From: Octopus bimaculoides
Lineage: Eukaryota
Assembly (NCBI RefSeq): GCF_001194135.2
Contig: NC_068989.1
Location: forward strand, 26,870,219-26,907,532
Length of the DNA: 37,314 bases
Reading direction: 5' to 3'
Notes under the pieces: model-generated
What the model was told of the DNA's origin: nothing
Database searches by the model: none
The model's input: only the letters and a program-made list of their open reading frames with translations
Position numbers and translations under genes: made by a program
Shown: positions 1-11,917 of the stretch, piece after piece
How positions within the stretch are numbered: position 1 is the stretch's first letter
Layout of the letters: every line of letters begins with the position of its first letter

Positions 1-339
1 GCCCTGGGAATGACAGCGAAACGGGCTGATTACTACCTAGCTCAGATACCAGGTAACCCCAAAATGGCTGAAGTTCAAAAGATAGTGCTCATGGGAACTG
101 CCCATATCCTACGTAAAATACTGTCTATGTGATCTCAAATTTTAAAGCAAACACATAATTTTCTTATGGTTTCTTAAACATTCACTTGAACAAAACTGTA
201 CAAATCCAAATATATGGTAACCTAGGTATAACACCTACATGAACTTCTAACTTGTTGTCTCTTGAGGTCTCTGGGTGAGACTTGGATCCAACTTGTACAA
301 ATGCAAAACAAAAGTCAAACATAAAATAATAATAATAAT
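1..339 (+). mobile_element. 3' end of R4/Dong-clade non-LTR retrotransposon (C-terminus of restriction-like endonuclease ORF, 3' UTR, (AAT)n tail)
   Basis: Frame 1, 1-132, reads ALGMTAKRADYYLAQIPGNPKMAEVQKIVLMGTAHILRKILSM* with no internal stop. This matches the ALG...QKxVLLGTAxILRKxL C-terminal signature of R4/Dong RLE ORFs. The 3' UTR ends in an AATAAT tail at ~325-339. Confidence 0.8.
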
Positions 340-415
340 ATGGAGTACAATAACAACAGCAACAATAACAAAGACATTTTAACTGTCTCTTCTTCTGCTA
401 CTTATACTACTTCTT

Positions 416-416
<1 letters not shown>

Positions 417-470
<54 letters not shown>
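417..470. repeat. (CTA)n microsatellite
   Basis: Perfect ACT/CTA trinucleotide run; explains the poly-T and poly-S ORFs in the track. Confidence 0.95.
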
Positions 471-474
<4 letters not shown>

Positions 475-879
475 TTCTCGCTCTTTCTTTCTTTCCTTCT
501 CCTCCCAAACTGCCATCGGTTTTATTCGAGTTATTGTGCCAATGCCAAGATTAAAAACATTCCTGTCTTTTCCCTGCGGCAAATGTGAAGACACCACACC
601 ACGCAACCATTTGTCCTGCTTGCGGGAGATTTGGCATTTAAATTGAATCATAATATAAATACTCATTTTTCATTTTTTTCCTTCAACCTCCCTCTCCTTC
701 CTTTTCCTCATCAAATCTCAGCACATTGTAGCTCATTCTCCACCTCAACCATACCAGAAGGTGTAAAACCGCATCGAAGGGGTTACTGGTATCAGGTAAA
801 TACCACTAAAAGTTAGACCATCGACGACAATCCAGCAACCACGAAACAAGAAAATATAAATATTACTGATAGATACTGA

Positions 880-2300
880 AATTCATGATTAAAAAGATAC
901 TAAAGTGGAGAATCCAAGGACATGATGGCTCGAAACCCTCACATGTTTACCAAATTATATTTTACTCTTTCTTCTGACAAAAGGAAAAGCATTGCTGAGA
1001 CAGAAGGGGAAAGAAAAGCGTAGGTAAGTCAGTATTTCTACATTTACTACACGTTTACCGTTATACTGGAAATTAAAAACTGTCTTTTTAGCATATGAAA
1101 TAACAGGCTTTGCTGAGAAGGAGAATCTATTTCAAGAGGAAAAGGAAGTTAAGTGATATAGCTGGTTTATTATATACTGATAGTAGGAAATTAATGAGGT
1201 ACGAGCATACAAGAAGAATTTAGCTGTTGGCCGGATAGAATACATATAGGGTTACTTTTTTGAGTAACTGGGGACGCTCGGTGTCATTTAGAAGGGAATA
1301 AGCTCTTGGAAAAAGCTGTGACAGAAAAGGCCGGAAGAATAACATGAAGATATAGAAGTGGGTATTCCAGGGAAACTGGTTCACATCATTATTCGCCGTC
1401 ATTGCATTAATCCCTCAGACAAAATTAAAATATATATTCTGCTTTATATAAATGATTTTAGACTATATTAAAATAAGTGGGGTTAAGACCTCGATTCCCT
1501 TATGAAAACAGTAAGAGTATTCAGCAAGTATATTTAAATGAAATTTGGCGGTAAATACGTGGGCAATGCAGTGTTACCTATGAAGATTGACCGAAAGATA
1601 AAATCTGATAGTATAAAATTACAAGAAAAGAATATTGTTTGATCGCTGATGAGTAATGAGTGCTACACGTACCTTGGGGTGTTGCAAGACGATACGATAA
1701 CTGGAAAGAGAAATGAGGGAGGAAATCTCAAAAGAGTATCATGGAATTAGAGAGGCCCACGAAATAAAATTATATGGAGAGAATATTATGAAAGAAATAA
1801 TTATATAGTCTATGTCAGTATAAATACATTCTGATTCCTCTCCCAAATGGGCATAGATCGAGCTATAGAACTTAACTGCCGCAAGAACAAGAAAGGGATT
1901 TTAATAGTTCACCAAGCTAAAGAGCTAAAGCATGATCAATACGGCGAGTAACAAGAAGTCATCGCATTACAGACAAAATGATGTAAACAGCAGCATCAAC
2001 GATCAGAATTATACACTCATTAGACAAGATTGAATGCCTCAAGGATTAGTTATAACTAACTGCCTACTGCAAAAGACATCTGAATATAAGAAAATCTAAT
2101 GTAAATCATCTGACAGGTAAATACTATATAAATTTATTAAGAAATTCATACAGTCTGTAAAAAACATGCCTTCTAGAAAAGAGATGCCCGTCTTTTCTCA
2201 GAAATACGATAAACACAATGTACTGAACAGCATCTATAAAAGCTACAGTGCAATAACAGTATTGCATCACTTACTGGAATAAGCGCTTTGTTTATTAACA
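880..2300 (+). mobile_element. Ancient, heavily decayed R4/Dong-clade LINE (RT, thumb, CCHC remnants)
   Basis: Collinear frame-shifted motifs: KWVFQGNWFTSLFAVIALIP (~1355-1415; cf. GIFQGDSLSPLLFVIALIP), KIYILLYINDFRLY (~1428-1470; cf. HLLYMDDLKLY), CYTYLGVLQDD (~1660-1695), MREEISKEY, ARTRK, and HNVLNSIY near 2215. Many stops. Confidence 0.6.
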
Positions 2301-2373
2301 CTCCGCAGCTAACAAAGACTAATACACATTAAGTGTTAATATATATTAATATAAGTAATTCCATGTATAAAAA

Positions 2374-2772
2374 GCAGGAGTGGCTGTGTGGTAAGTAGCT
2401 TGCTTACCAACCACATGGTTCCGGGTTCAGTCCCACAGCGTGGCACCTTGGGCAAGTGTATTCTACTATAGCCTCGGGCCGACCAAATCCTTCTGAGTGG
2501 ATTTGGTAGACGGAAACTGAAAGAAGCCTGTCGTATATATGTATATGTATATATGTGTGTTTGTGTGTCTGTGTTTGTCACCCCAACATCGCTTGACAAC
2601 CGATGCTGGTGTGTTTACGTCCCCTTAACTTAGCGGTTCGGCAAAAAAGGCCGATAGAATAAGTACTAGGCTTATAAAGAATAAGTCCTGGGGTCGATTT
2701 GCTCGACTAAGGGCGGTGCTCCAGCATGGCCGAAGTAAAATGACTGAAACAAGTAAAAGAGTAAAGAGTAGA
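2374..2772 (+). mobile_element. tRNA-derived SINE (octopus-type), full length, with internal (TA)/(TG) tract and AAAGAGT tail
   Basis: Pol III A box TGGCTGTGTGG (2381-2391), B box GGTTCAGTCCC (~2424-2434), internal microsatellite ~2534-2575, 3' CCAGCATGGCC...CTGAAAC and short GAGTAAA repeats. Confidence 0.85.
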
Positions 2773-2885
2773 GTAACTCGCCGAGCACTGTGTTATTCAA
2801 GGAATGCAAAATACTGAAATCAATATATTATACTACACATTATGGCTTTATCGGATACTACAAAGAAAGTGGTATTCTTATTCTG

Positions 2886-3165
2886 GGTTTAAGAGACCCA
2901 AAGTTTTTTTTTTAATATTTTCCCAAAGAGCTTCAAGGACCTACACAAAGTTGATGAAGGTATTTTGAAATCAAAACTGGATCTCTTCCTGACGAGAGTC
3001 CCAGATGAACCTACCTTGCAGCAAGAGGCGCAAGTGTGAGGAACAACATCAAACTCTCTTATTCACCAAATTCCACATATCAGAGGAGGCTCCCAACAAG
3101 AAAAGTGTAGCAAAACGGTGGGGTCCCAGCATGGCCACAGCTTTGCGCTGAAACTGATAGGAAAT
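2886..3165 (+). mobile_element. 3' end of CR1/L2-superfamily LINE (5'-truncated)
   Basis: Reads FNIFPKSFKDLHKVDEGILKSKLDLFLTRVPDEPTLQQEAQV*GTTSNSLIHQ, matching the LFNxLP...FKxxLDxFLxxVPDxP...SNSL C-terminal pattern. The 3' tail shares motifs with the adjacent SINE. Confidence 0.7.
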
Positions 3166-3218
3166 TAAAATAAAAATTTAAATATATATACACACACATA
3201 TATATATATATATATATA

Positions 3219-4125
3219 NNNNNNNNNNNNNNNNNNNNNNNNNNNNNNNNNNNNNNNNNNNNNNNNNNNNNNNNNNNNNNNNNNNNNNNNNNNNNNNNNN
3301 NNNNNNNNNNNNNNNNNNNNNNNNNNNNNNNNNNNNNNNNNNNNNNNNNNNNNNNNNNNNNNNNNNNNNNNNNNNNNNNNNNNNNNNNNNNNNNNNNNNN
3401 NNNNNNNNNNNNNNNNNNNNNNNNNNNNNNNNNNNNNNNNNNNNNNNNNNNNNNNNNNNNNNNNNNNNNNNNNNNNNNNNNNNNNNNNNNNNNNNNNNNN
3501 NNNNNNNNNNNNNNNNNNNNNNNNNNNNNNNNNNNNNNNNNNNNNNNNNNNNNNNNNNNNNNNNNNNNNNNNNNNNNNNNNNNNNNNNNNNNNNNNNNNN
3601 NNNNNNNNNNNNNNNNNNNNNNNNNNNNNNNNNNNNNNNNNNNNNNNNNNNNNNNNNNNNNNNNNNNNNNNNNNNNNNNNNNNNNNNNNNNNNNNNNNNN
3701 NNNNNNNNNNNNNNNNNNNNNNNNNNNNNNNNNNNNNNNNNNNNNNNNNNNNNNNNNNNNNNNNNNNNNNNNNNNNNNNNNNNNNNNNNNNNNNNNNNNN
3801 NNNNNNNNNNNNNNNNNNNNNNNNNNNNNNNNNNNNNNNNNNNNNNNNNNNNNNNNNNNNNNNNNNNNNNNNNNNNNNNNNNNNNNNNNNNNNNNNNNNN
3901 NNNNNNNNNNNNNNNNNNNNNNNNNNNNNNNNNNNNNNNNNNNNNNNNNNNNNNNNNNNNNNNNNNNNNNNNNNNNNNNNNNNNNNNNNNNNNNNNNNNN
4001 NNNNNNNNNNNNNNNNNNNNNNNNNNNNNNNNNNNNNNNNNNNNNNNNNNNNNNNNNNNNNNNNNNNNNNNNNNNNNNNNNNNNNNNNNNNNNNNNNNNN
4101 NNNNNNNNNNNNNNNNNNNNNNNNA
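3219..4125. other. Assembly gap (N run) preceded by (TA)n/(CA)n microsatellite at 3181-3218
   Basis: N run seen directly. Confidence 0.99.
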
Positions 4126-4419
4126 AAGTCGAATTAAACATTCTGGATAGTCTTTGAGAAAATTCTCTCAGCACTCTTTTTTTCAATTCTATTTTATGTT
4201 TCTTGAACTAAAAAGAATTTGTATTTTATTCAAATTAAAATGTAATGAAATAACAAAGATGACTCTTGTCTATATTTTCGGTCCGAAACCACAGTTAATT
4301 GAATTTGAAACATTACACCTCCTTTAACCTCTTTAGCAACTGATGTTATGTAACCTACAGAACATGATATGTTTCCCAAACTTGACTTAGTTGGGTTAGA
4401 TGCGATGCCGTCAAAGAAA

Positions 4420-6442
4420 TTATCAGTATATCATCCTAATGAATACGCGAAGAAAAACGAGACATCTGAGCAACATAGTTCAATGGCAGACCTGGATTAG
4501 AATTTACATTTCAGTCTGATACTGCATTATGCTATTGTTGTCACCGTTTTTGGTCATCTCAGAATGCTGAACATAGTTTTAACGTTGAAGGATACTCTAG
4601 CTGACCAAATGTATTGTCAAAATGCAGAGATTTTAGTGGACATAAGAATTCTTTCGCCCTTAAAAATGCAATGAAAGTTTGGAGTGAAAGGGAGAAACGC
4701 AGGGCAACTGATCATAATGTATCTACAATGGTGAAGGAAGATCAACTGAAAAAAGTTATTAGTTGCAATTTATAATAGAATTGATTCGGTTTTTATGTGT
4801 TAATGATCATACAATTCACGATATTTCTAATGATAATATCGCCGATCATGACAACGATATTGGAAATGAAGTTTCCGGTCTATTTTGAAAAAGTTTTCAA
4901 TATCTAATTAAAATGAATATGTTCAACTATACCTTAAAATGCGCCGTACACATCTGTTATGGTGCAAAATTATATTATAGAACTTATGAAAGCAATTATT
5001 CTGAATCAAATGATCGAAGATATTCGTTATGAAATTCGATACCCTTATCTTTAAAATTGAATGTAATGGAACTCGGTAACCTACTAATACTAACAATATT
5101 TCAATTATTGTGAGGTTTGTAAAATCAGGGATCGTATCAGAAAATCTTGTTTAACTATGAGCAAAAGCTCTAAGGCTGAACGTTTGGCTAATGCTGTTAT
5201 TCAGAAAATTTAAAATTCTGGACGAAAGTCGGAAAGCATTTTGTCTTAGGGCTACGATGTTACCTCAGTAATGTCCGGTCGTCCCGTTAGTGTTCAGAAG
5301 GTAAATCAACAGAAAACTGGAAATGAAATACCGTATGAGCATTATTTCACTCATCGGTTACATTTGATGAGAGTTCGCGGGATTGAAAGGTTTGGTGATG
5401 TCAGATCGTTTGGTGGGACTTGTAAAGTCCTTTATAATTTTCTGCATAGACCAAGATTTTTTTTACGGCATACAAATATACACATTAAAAGCGCTTACTA
5501 GAACAACGATGATCAAGGGATCGGGATCTAGCAAGCGTTATCGCTATACGTATCAATCATGAACATATAGTGCATGTACTTCGAGATGCAGAACACGGCA
5601 GTTCTTACATTTAACATCAGAATTGAAGCAACGAATGTCTTCAATAAGATTTATCTTCATTGCCAATATTATTGATGATACTCTTGATACATCAAACAAA
5701 TTGGTACAAAGTAGCCTATTTGAAGGAATGCTTCTCATAAATACTGTACTGGATATTTTGAAAGAAATGAAAACAGGCAAGTGAAAATTGCATAGCAACT
5801 TTTCTCAGGCTACGAAATGTATTCCGCAACGCACACATATTAGAGTTTCAGAGTATATTGCACAATTGTCAGTAATAATGTAAACGCTGGCTCAAGGCGA
5901 TTTTGACAAGTATGTATTAAATTTTCAATCGTATATACAGCGCTGCTTCGGATAACTTTATTGGAAAAATTGAAAGTCACTTTAATGAACGCAACGCTAA
6001 AATATTTTCAGCTAAAGAAGCTTTGCCTTCTGAAACAGAAGTATTTTTAGAAGTTTCAAGATTATAACCTATCTAACTCATGAGGTTAAACACTTTGGGC
6101 AGCTCATTTCACAACAAACTACGCGTTGCTAATCGTTACATTTTAGAAACTATTACTTCAAAGAAGCAGTGAGATATCTGTTCTGTACTATATTCATTTA
6201 AGGCTGCTTTTCCAGATATCTACAAATTATATGCTGTATCACGTTTGCTGCAAGCTATGCTTCTTCCGAACCATCATTCCACATGCATTCATATACTTAT
6301 ATCCTTTCGCCTTACTATGCTACATCAACTAAAAAGCTATCTTGTTATACTTGCATTTATGGATAGCTACATACAAACAAACAAACAAAAATATATTGAA
6401 ATGTTTTTTGAACATCTATGTTCTAAATCACGAAAACTATAA
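4420..6442 (+). pseudogene. Decayed hAT-superfamily transposase (TTF-type zinc finger, DDE core, C-terminal dimerisation domain; ZMYM1/THAP12-like)
   Basis: Collinear motifs: LEFTFQSDTALCYCCHRFW (~4498-4555), YTSVMVQNYIIELMKAIILNQMIEDIR (~4948-5028), *GYDVTSVMSG (5247-5279; TAG where Q of QGYDGASxMSG is expected), YEHYFTHRLHL (cf. HCxAHRLNL), AFPDIYKLY (~6205-6232), SEPSF and FRLTMLHQL...CSKSRKL* ending 6442. Multiple stops and frameshifts. TIRs not identified. Confidence 0.75.
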
Positions 6443-7689
6443 TTATATTAATGAATACTTGATAAATATATTTACTTAATTTACGACCATTTTATAAATT
6501 TTGTAAATTTTCAGTTTTAGCACAATCTACAGAATTTGTAATATATTTGGTTTAAATATAGGACAGGTCTAATAATCTGATCATATGTTGATTAAAAGAA
6601 TCCTATTTAATTTGTTAAATTTGATAAAATAATGTGCATTAATAAAAATGTTAATGTTTTAGAATTGTCAGAGTTCATATTCTATCTATTCTTTACTGAT
6701 TACTTTATATTTCTGTCTAAAACAGAAAAGATTTTGGTGCTGCTAAAGGAATACATCTCTTCTTCATTTAGCTGAAAATCTTATGCGTAACCTTGAATCT
6801 GTACCATAACCCTAAATCATAACCTCAAAAAACTTAAACCATACATCTGGACAAGTTACAGCTTGATGCATCCTTCGGAAAAGTGTAGAGTCAGTAAGGC
6901 ACCCAATGTATTCTTGAGGTACACGAAAGATCCAAAGCCTGGTGACGGGCATTTCACGTAGGCTGCTACTTCCGCTGTAACCTCTGTAAAGTTTAATCAG
7001 AAATTTCGTGTTATTTCTTATGATCAAGTGTCATTTTTGTCTATTGTAAATGCACAAGTTATCTCCCGTCAAATGAGATAGTCGAGTTTATACATTATTT
7101 ACAGTGTTAGTGCAGGATAGTAATGGATTCCGAGGATTTTGTATATTGGAACTGTTCCTGATAGCAATAGGATGTCCATTCTAAAATTTCGAAATTGACC
7201 TGTAGATATTTTTGCCATGCATTGTTTATTCCCGATACATATTCGACAATGGAACCTTTTCTCTTCAAGTTTCAGAGAACAGTGTTAATTGAATGTATTC
7301 TGTTTTAACACTTGTGATTAGTGTCTCTAATTCATATACGACTGCGTATTAAATGGCAACTTTCCAGATTACGTAGAATATTTAGCTTGAAGAACTGCCG
7401 GTTTCTTGCTTTAAGTATATTTACATTGCATATACATTTACAATTATTTTGTTCGTGATAAGTGGCTAAAATGTGAAACAATGCAGAAATATGTCTCAAA
7501 TATCCTAAATTGCATTTAGATTAATTCAAATTTAATATAATTTGCGTTTAATCTCCGTTAAAATATTTTGTGGGCATGCAGGTGTGTGGTGTCTGTGTGT
7601 CTGTGTGTCAGTGACTGGGATATATTAAAATCATTCATATATTCCAGTTCAGTCATTTTAATTGCGATCTTGGAATCTTTCGAATTTTC

Positions 7690-8300
7690 TTTTTGTATGG
7701 AAAATACATACAAAATTAATTTTTTTCTCGACATTTCCAGGTTATTTCAAGGGACCATCAGAATATGAAATGCTCTTCGCTTCTATAGTGTCTGTTTTAT
7801 TGTGGACGGATTTTATTTAGGCATTTTCTCCCTGTTACATATCTGCGACATATTTTTGCAGTCTCTGTTAATTTTAGCTGTGTTTTTTGCTACGAGTATT
7901 TTGTGGGGAATTCAGAAAAATATGTGCCAATGGTCTATGAATATTTTTCTATCTTGTTTTGCCTCACGATGTATGATGCAGTTTGTTCAAATTTGCTTTT
8001 CTTGTAAATGCAGGGATCAAGAAGTTTCACCATTACACTTACTTCTATGGATTACAGAGTAATTGATAGAGGTTTTCTTAGAATTGTATCATTTTGTAAT
8101 GTTGTTCATAATGAATTTTTTGTTTAATATTATAACGATGTTAGCGTCAGTTCTCGGATTGCTGCAATGCATCTTATACTTAAATTTATGGGACGTCCGA
8201 TTATGTGGTCGTCTAGTATACAATTTTGTTATGTGGGAGGAGAGTCAAAATGCTTCAATATATTTAAACGACTCACTAGTACAATTTCTTCACATTTGTT
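7690..8300 (-). mobile_element. Tentative decayed Penelope-like element fragment (GIY-YIG C-terminal region)
   Basis: Minus strand, mixed frames: KCNG..., TNCIIHREA, KIFID, KICRRYVTGRKCLNK, EITWKCREKN*F. The order matches the PLE CNC/IxY/YIG/C-x-LC/KCRHxNKF motifs, but similarity is weak. A short CA-rich tract follows at ~7575-7610. Confidence 0.35.
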
Positions 8301-8457
8301 TTTGTATACAGTTGATTCATATACTACTATTTCAGTGCAGTTATAGATTTTATTAGGGTTAATACTTAACGTGTATGTCACAATATGATTTGTCTTCATT
8401 CATTTATGCATCGTCTTTAAATTCTACAAGTCAGTTTGCATATACATATATACATAT

Positions 8458-8506
<49 letters not shown>

Positions 8507-8784
8507 NNNNNNNNNNNNNNNNNNNNNNNNNNNNNNNNNNNNNNNNNNNNNNNNNNNNNNNNNNNNNNNNNNNNNNNNNNNNNNNNNNNNNNNNNNNNNN
8601 NNNNNNNNNNNNNNNNNNNNNNNNNNNNNNNNNNNNNNNNNNNNNNNNNNNNNNNNNNNNNNNNNNNNNNNNNNNNNNNNNNNNNNNNNNNNNNNNNNNN
8701 NNNNNNNNNNNNNNNNNNNNNNNNNNNNNNNNNNNNNNNNNNNNNNNNNNNNNNNNNNNNNNNNNNNNNNNNNNNNNNNNNNNN
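8507..8784. other. Assembly gap preceded by (TA)/(CA) microsatellite at 8441-8506
   Basis: N run seen directly. Confidence 0.99.
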
Positions 8785-9031
8785 TATTTTATTAAAACAA
8801 AAATTATAAAAACATTACTAGGTTTTTTCCAAAATTAAGACCATCTGATTTTAAACCTATTTGTTTATATTTAGGAACTCTTTTCATGTATAGCCCCAAT
8901 AATATTTATTATTTTCATAAAAAATTTTTTTAGGCAAAATCTTTTCAGTCTGTATTTAAGCCCATGTGCTTATTTTTGGAAAAAGCAGTATTTTAAAAAT
9001 GAAATCAAAGAAAATTAATTTTAAAACAATA

Positions 9032-9634
9032 CAGTAGAATTCGTCTTATTAATCATCCCTCAGAGAAAATTGAAAGTGATGAATTAGGTGAAGTAACGAG
9101 TTAGCCAAAGACGAATTAACCTAATTCTATTGCATTAATGAATGCTAACTAATAAATTTTACTTATTATTTTGTTGTCAGATCAAGTATTTTTTTATGTA
9201 GAAAGATTGACTGTGTCCGTGATTAATTTGAAACCATTTAATGACCATTCTAATGCAATCAATGTTTCTTTTTATTGTATAATGGGTTTCAATCCAAGTG
9301 AAAAATAAATTATTCGCTACAACTTCATATTTTATTGTTTGTACCTGATACAACTAAATAAAAAGACTATTTTAACAGTAATTTTCAAGAGTTTTAAAAA
9401 ATTTCTTTTTCATTATTTTTGTAGCATTTTTTAAAGATTGACTTGTTTTTTTAGATTCTCATAATAAATAAAATAAACTAAAATCTACCTAATATATCAA
9501 ATTTACTTAATATAACGTTTTTTTTTTAATATTTAAAATGTTATTTTCGGCTGCAATATTTTAAGAAAAGTAGAATTTTAATTTTAAATACTTTTAGCTT
9601 CGTTTAGATGAGACGAATTAGGCAAATTCTACAG
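9032..9634. mobile_element. ~600 bp non-autonomous Tc1/mariner (pogo/Tigger-like) MITE
   Basis: TA|CAGTAGAATTCGTCTTATT at the left and AATTAGGCAAATTCTACAG|TA at the right (imperfect 19-bp TIRs, TA target duplication). Subterminal GA(C/T)GAATTA motifs near 9078, 9110 and 9613. Confidence 0.55.
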
Positions 9635-10740
9635 TAGAGATCTTGTTCTGTATTTTTCCAGGTGTAATATTTTAAGAATATTAAGTTGCACGCGCCCGCA
9701 TTTTTCATTGTAATCCACTTTTTTCCCTTCCAATGCAATAAATCCAATAAATGTTGTTTGTTAAAAAATATTTGAATTACTTTTCATTGTTGATAATTGA
9801 AATGTAATTATAATTGTAAAACATCCGGTATCTTCACTGAATATAAAATTTTTATATTAAAACAAAATGCATCATACGAACACGGCAAAAACGAAAGTGG
9901 GAAAATTCATTATGAAAAATAATTTTCTATATAGTAGCGAATATTAATGTAATACTAATTCTATTATAAAATCAAGAAATAAGTGAACTATATCTATATA
10001 TAGTAATAAGAGATAGCAAGAGAGCTATGAGAATATATCAATTATATAGTAAGAAGAGAAACTGATCATATGAATAGTAACATCATGACTGATATAAAAT
10101 TTTAAAAATGCAAAAATAGCCTATGTATCCACCGTAAGGCAGAATGATCTACCTACCATAGGTAAGGCAAAGTTAGTTTGTTAGTCGAAATTCATGCAAA
10201 ATAAAAATAAAGCCTGCAATTCAGCTCCTGTTCTTGTCATCTTGCCTGAAAAAAAAATCCAATCATGCTATCTGAAAGCAAACACCTTACCAATCTATCC
10301 TAAAATATAATTATCTAATTAATGCTACTCTTAATACTGAATTAAAGCTTAAAATCAAACAAAAAGCTTATTAAACCCTCAGAAGTTGTTACAATTATGG
10401 TGGACGTAAAGTTTTTATTACGCTTGTTTAATAAAACCTCCCCCTCATATAATGATTTTGCTTTCATTTTGTTTATATTTAACTATCATGCAGAAAATGC
10501 CAGCTTCTAAATACTGTTTTCTGATTAGGTGAAATTGATGAAACTTTCAATCTCAGTAACATTTTTCTGCAATAAGTATGTATGTCTCCCCTATACCGGA
10601 AGAAATGCCTAATTACCTCCCCCTATCTAGAACTCTTCTTTCTCAGACTGGAACGAACACGACACAATGAAGTAGAGAAATTTGAAAAGACAACACGAAA
10701 CCGGTTATTTCTCAAAATACAATGTTTATATACCAAAAAG

Positions 10741-10786
10741 ATTTTATAACATTTTTATAACATTTTTCTAACATTTTTCTGACATA
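10741..10786. repeat. 11-bp tandem repeat ACATTTTT(A/C)TA, about 4 copies
   Basis: attttata-acatttttata-acatttttcta-acatttttctg-acata. Confidence 0.85.
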
Positions 10787-10895
10787 ATTTAAATATATAC
10801 TTTAACCATGTAACACAAGCCTTCTGTAGTTTTTTCACTCTTATTATCTTTTATACATCCAACCACGTGCTTTCACATACCAACTTTCTCACCTA

Positions 10896-10927
10896 NNNNN
10901 NNNNNTGTGTGTGTGTGTGTGTGTGTG
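10896..10927. other. 10-N gap followed by (TG)n
   Basis: Seen directly. Confidence 0.95.
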
Positions 10928-11494
10928 ACTGTTTTTTTACAATGGACAGCAGAAAAAATCAACTTGTTATTAATTGTTATCAACTTACCCCTTTCTCCTT
11001 AAAGCTACGTATTCATGACAATCACTTTTGTTTCCTTTCTTGGGCGTTTTAAAAGTTACCTATCTGTATGTGTATGTGTGTATTTGCATAGTTTGTATGT
11101 GTGATTACAAAAGTATGTATGTAGTGTCGCGTGTATATCCCTGAAGTCGATTCCAAGTGTTATTCTCCCCTTTTTGACCTCACGTATTTGAAATCTCAAC
11201 TTTTTTCTACGGAACCAAATTTTTGATTTTGTAGTTCAAAATGTAGCTTAGTGGGGTGAACAATCTAAAAATGTATAAACGTCATTAAATTTAGTAAGAA
11301 TTTGAATTAGTGACAAAGCCTAGAAGTGGTCACAAGTGAGTAAATGTGGACCTTAAAAATGTTATTCACACACTTCCCTGTGTGAATGATATTTATTACA
11401 ATATATATTTATTACAACATAGTGTATTCTGTGAATATGAGATAGAACTTTGCAAGATACCTAAATACTGAATTGAATCAAACATTGTGCAATA

Positions 11495-11625
11495 TTGGTT
11501 TCCAATTTTGGGAGAACGCGATCAAATCCGGAGTGGAGGGAAATTGATTACATCGACCATAATGCTCAGTTGATACTCATTTTATCGAGTACCGAAAAGA
11601 TAAAAGGCAAGGTTAAAATAATAGA
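11495..11625 (-). mobile_element. Decayed fragment of a second SINE family (central conserved domain and 3' part)
   Basis: Plus strand GATTACATCGAC...GCTCAGTTGATACTCATTTTATCGAGTACCGAAAAGATAAAAGGCAAGG is the reverse complement of a GCCTTTCATCCTTTCGGGGTCGATAAAATAAGTACCAG-type SINE central domain that I recall from mollusc genomes. No head recognisable. Confidence 0.5.
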
Positions 11626-11798
11626 CAGAGAACGCCACTGGAAAATACGTAAACTAAAAGAAACAGCACATATGCTAGAACACAACAATCTCCTAAGAAA
11701 ACCTTGTGCAGGTGTGAATATCTTATGGGAACTGGTATTAGAGAAGGATAGGAAAATATTAGATGTATAAGCCCTAAAATTCACTCCAAAATTTCCCA

Positions 11799-11879
11799 CG
11801 GTCATATGACGTAGTGCTTAAGAGCACGGGCTACTAACCCCAAGATTCCGAATTCGATTCCAGGCAGTGACATGTATAA

Positions 11880-11917
<38 letters not shown>

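Noticed and set aside
1646-1652. CTGATGA here, CTGACGA at 2989-2995, CTGATGA at 21379-21385, and minus-strand CTGACGA at 32489-32495
   Set aside because: Hammerhead-core heptamers without proper stems I-III. Three fall inside recognisable LINE or Helitron coding sequence.
3080-4186. Long ORFs spanning N runs (also 8375-8809, 8436-8795, 30850-31377, 30896-31246, 30954-31301)
   Set aside because: Artefacts of assembly gaps translated as X.
6780-7430. Possible Tc1-like transposase remnant on the minus strand (VPQEYIGCLTDSTLFRRMHQAV; ILEWTS)
   Set aside because: Only loose resemblance; no DDE motifs or TIRs could be confirmed.
7609-7655. Imperfect stem-loop (GACTGGGATATAT...ATATATTCCAGTTCAGTC) just past the tentative minus-strand PLE
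   Set aside because: No hammerhead core on either strand, and the stem is AT-rich and mismatched.
11799-11870. tRNA gene call for the SINE heads (also 2374-2445)
   Set aside because: No complete acceptor stem, and the sequence continues into SINE body. These are tRNA-derived heads, not tRNA genes.
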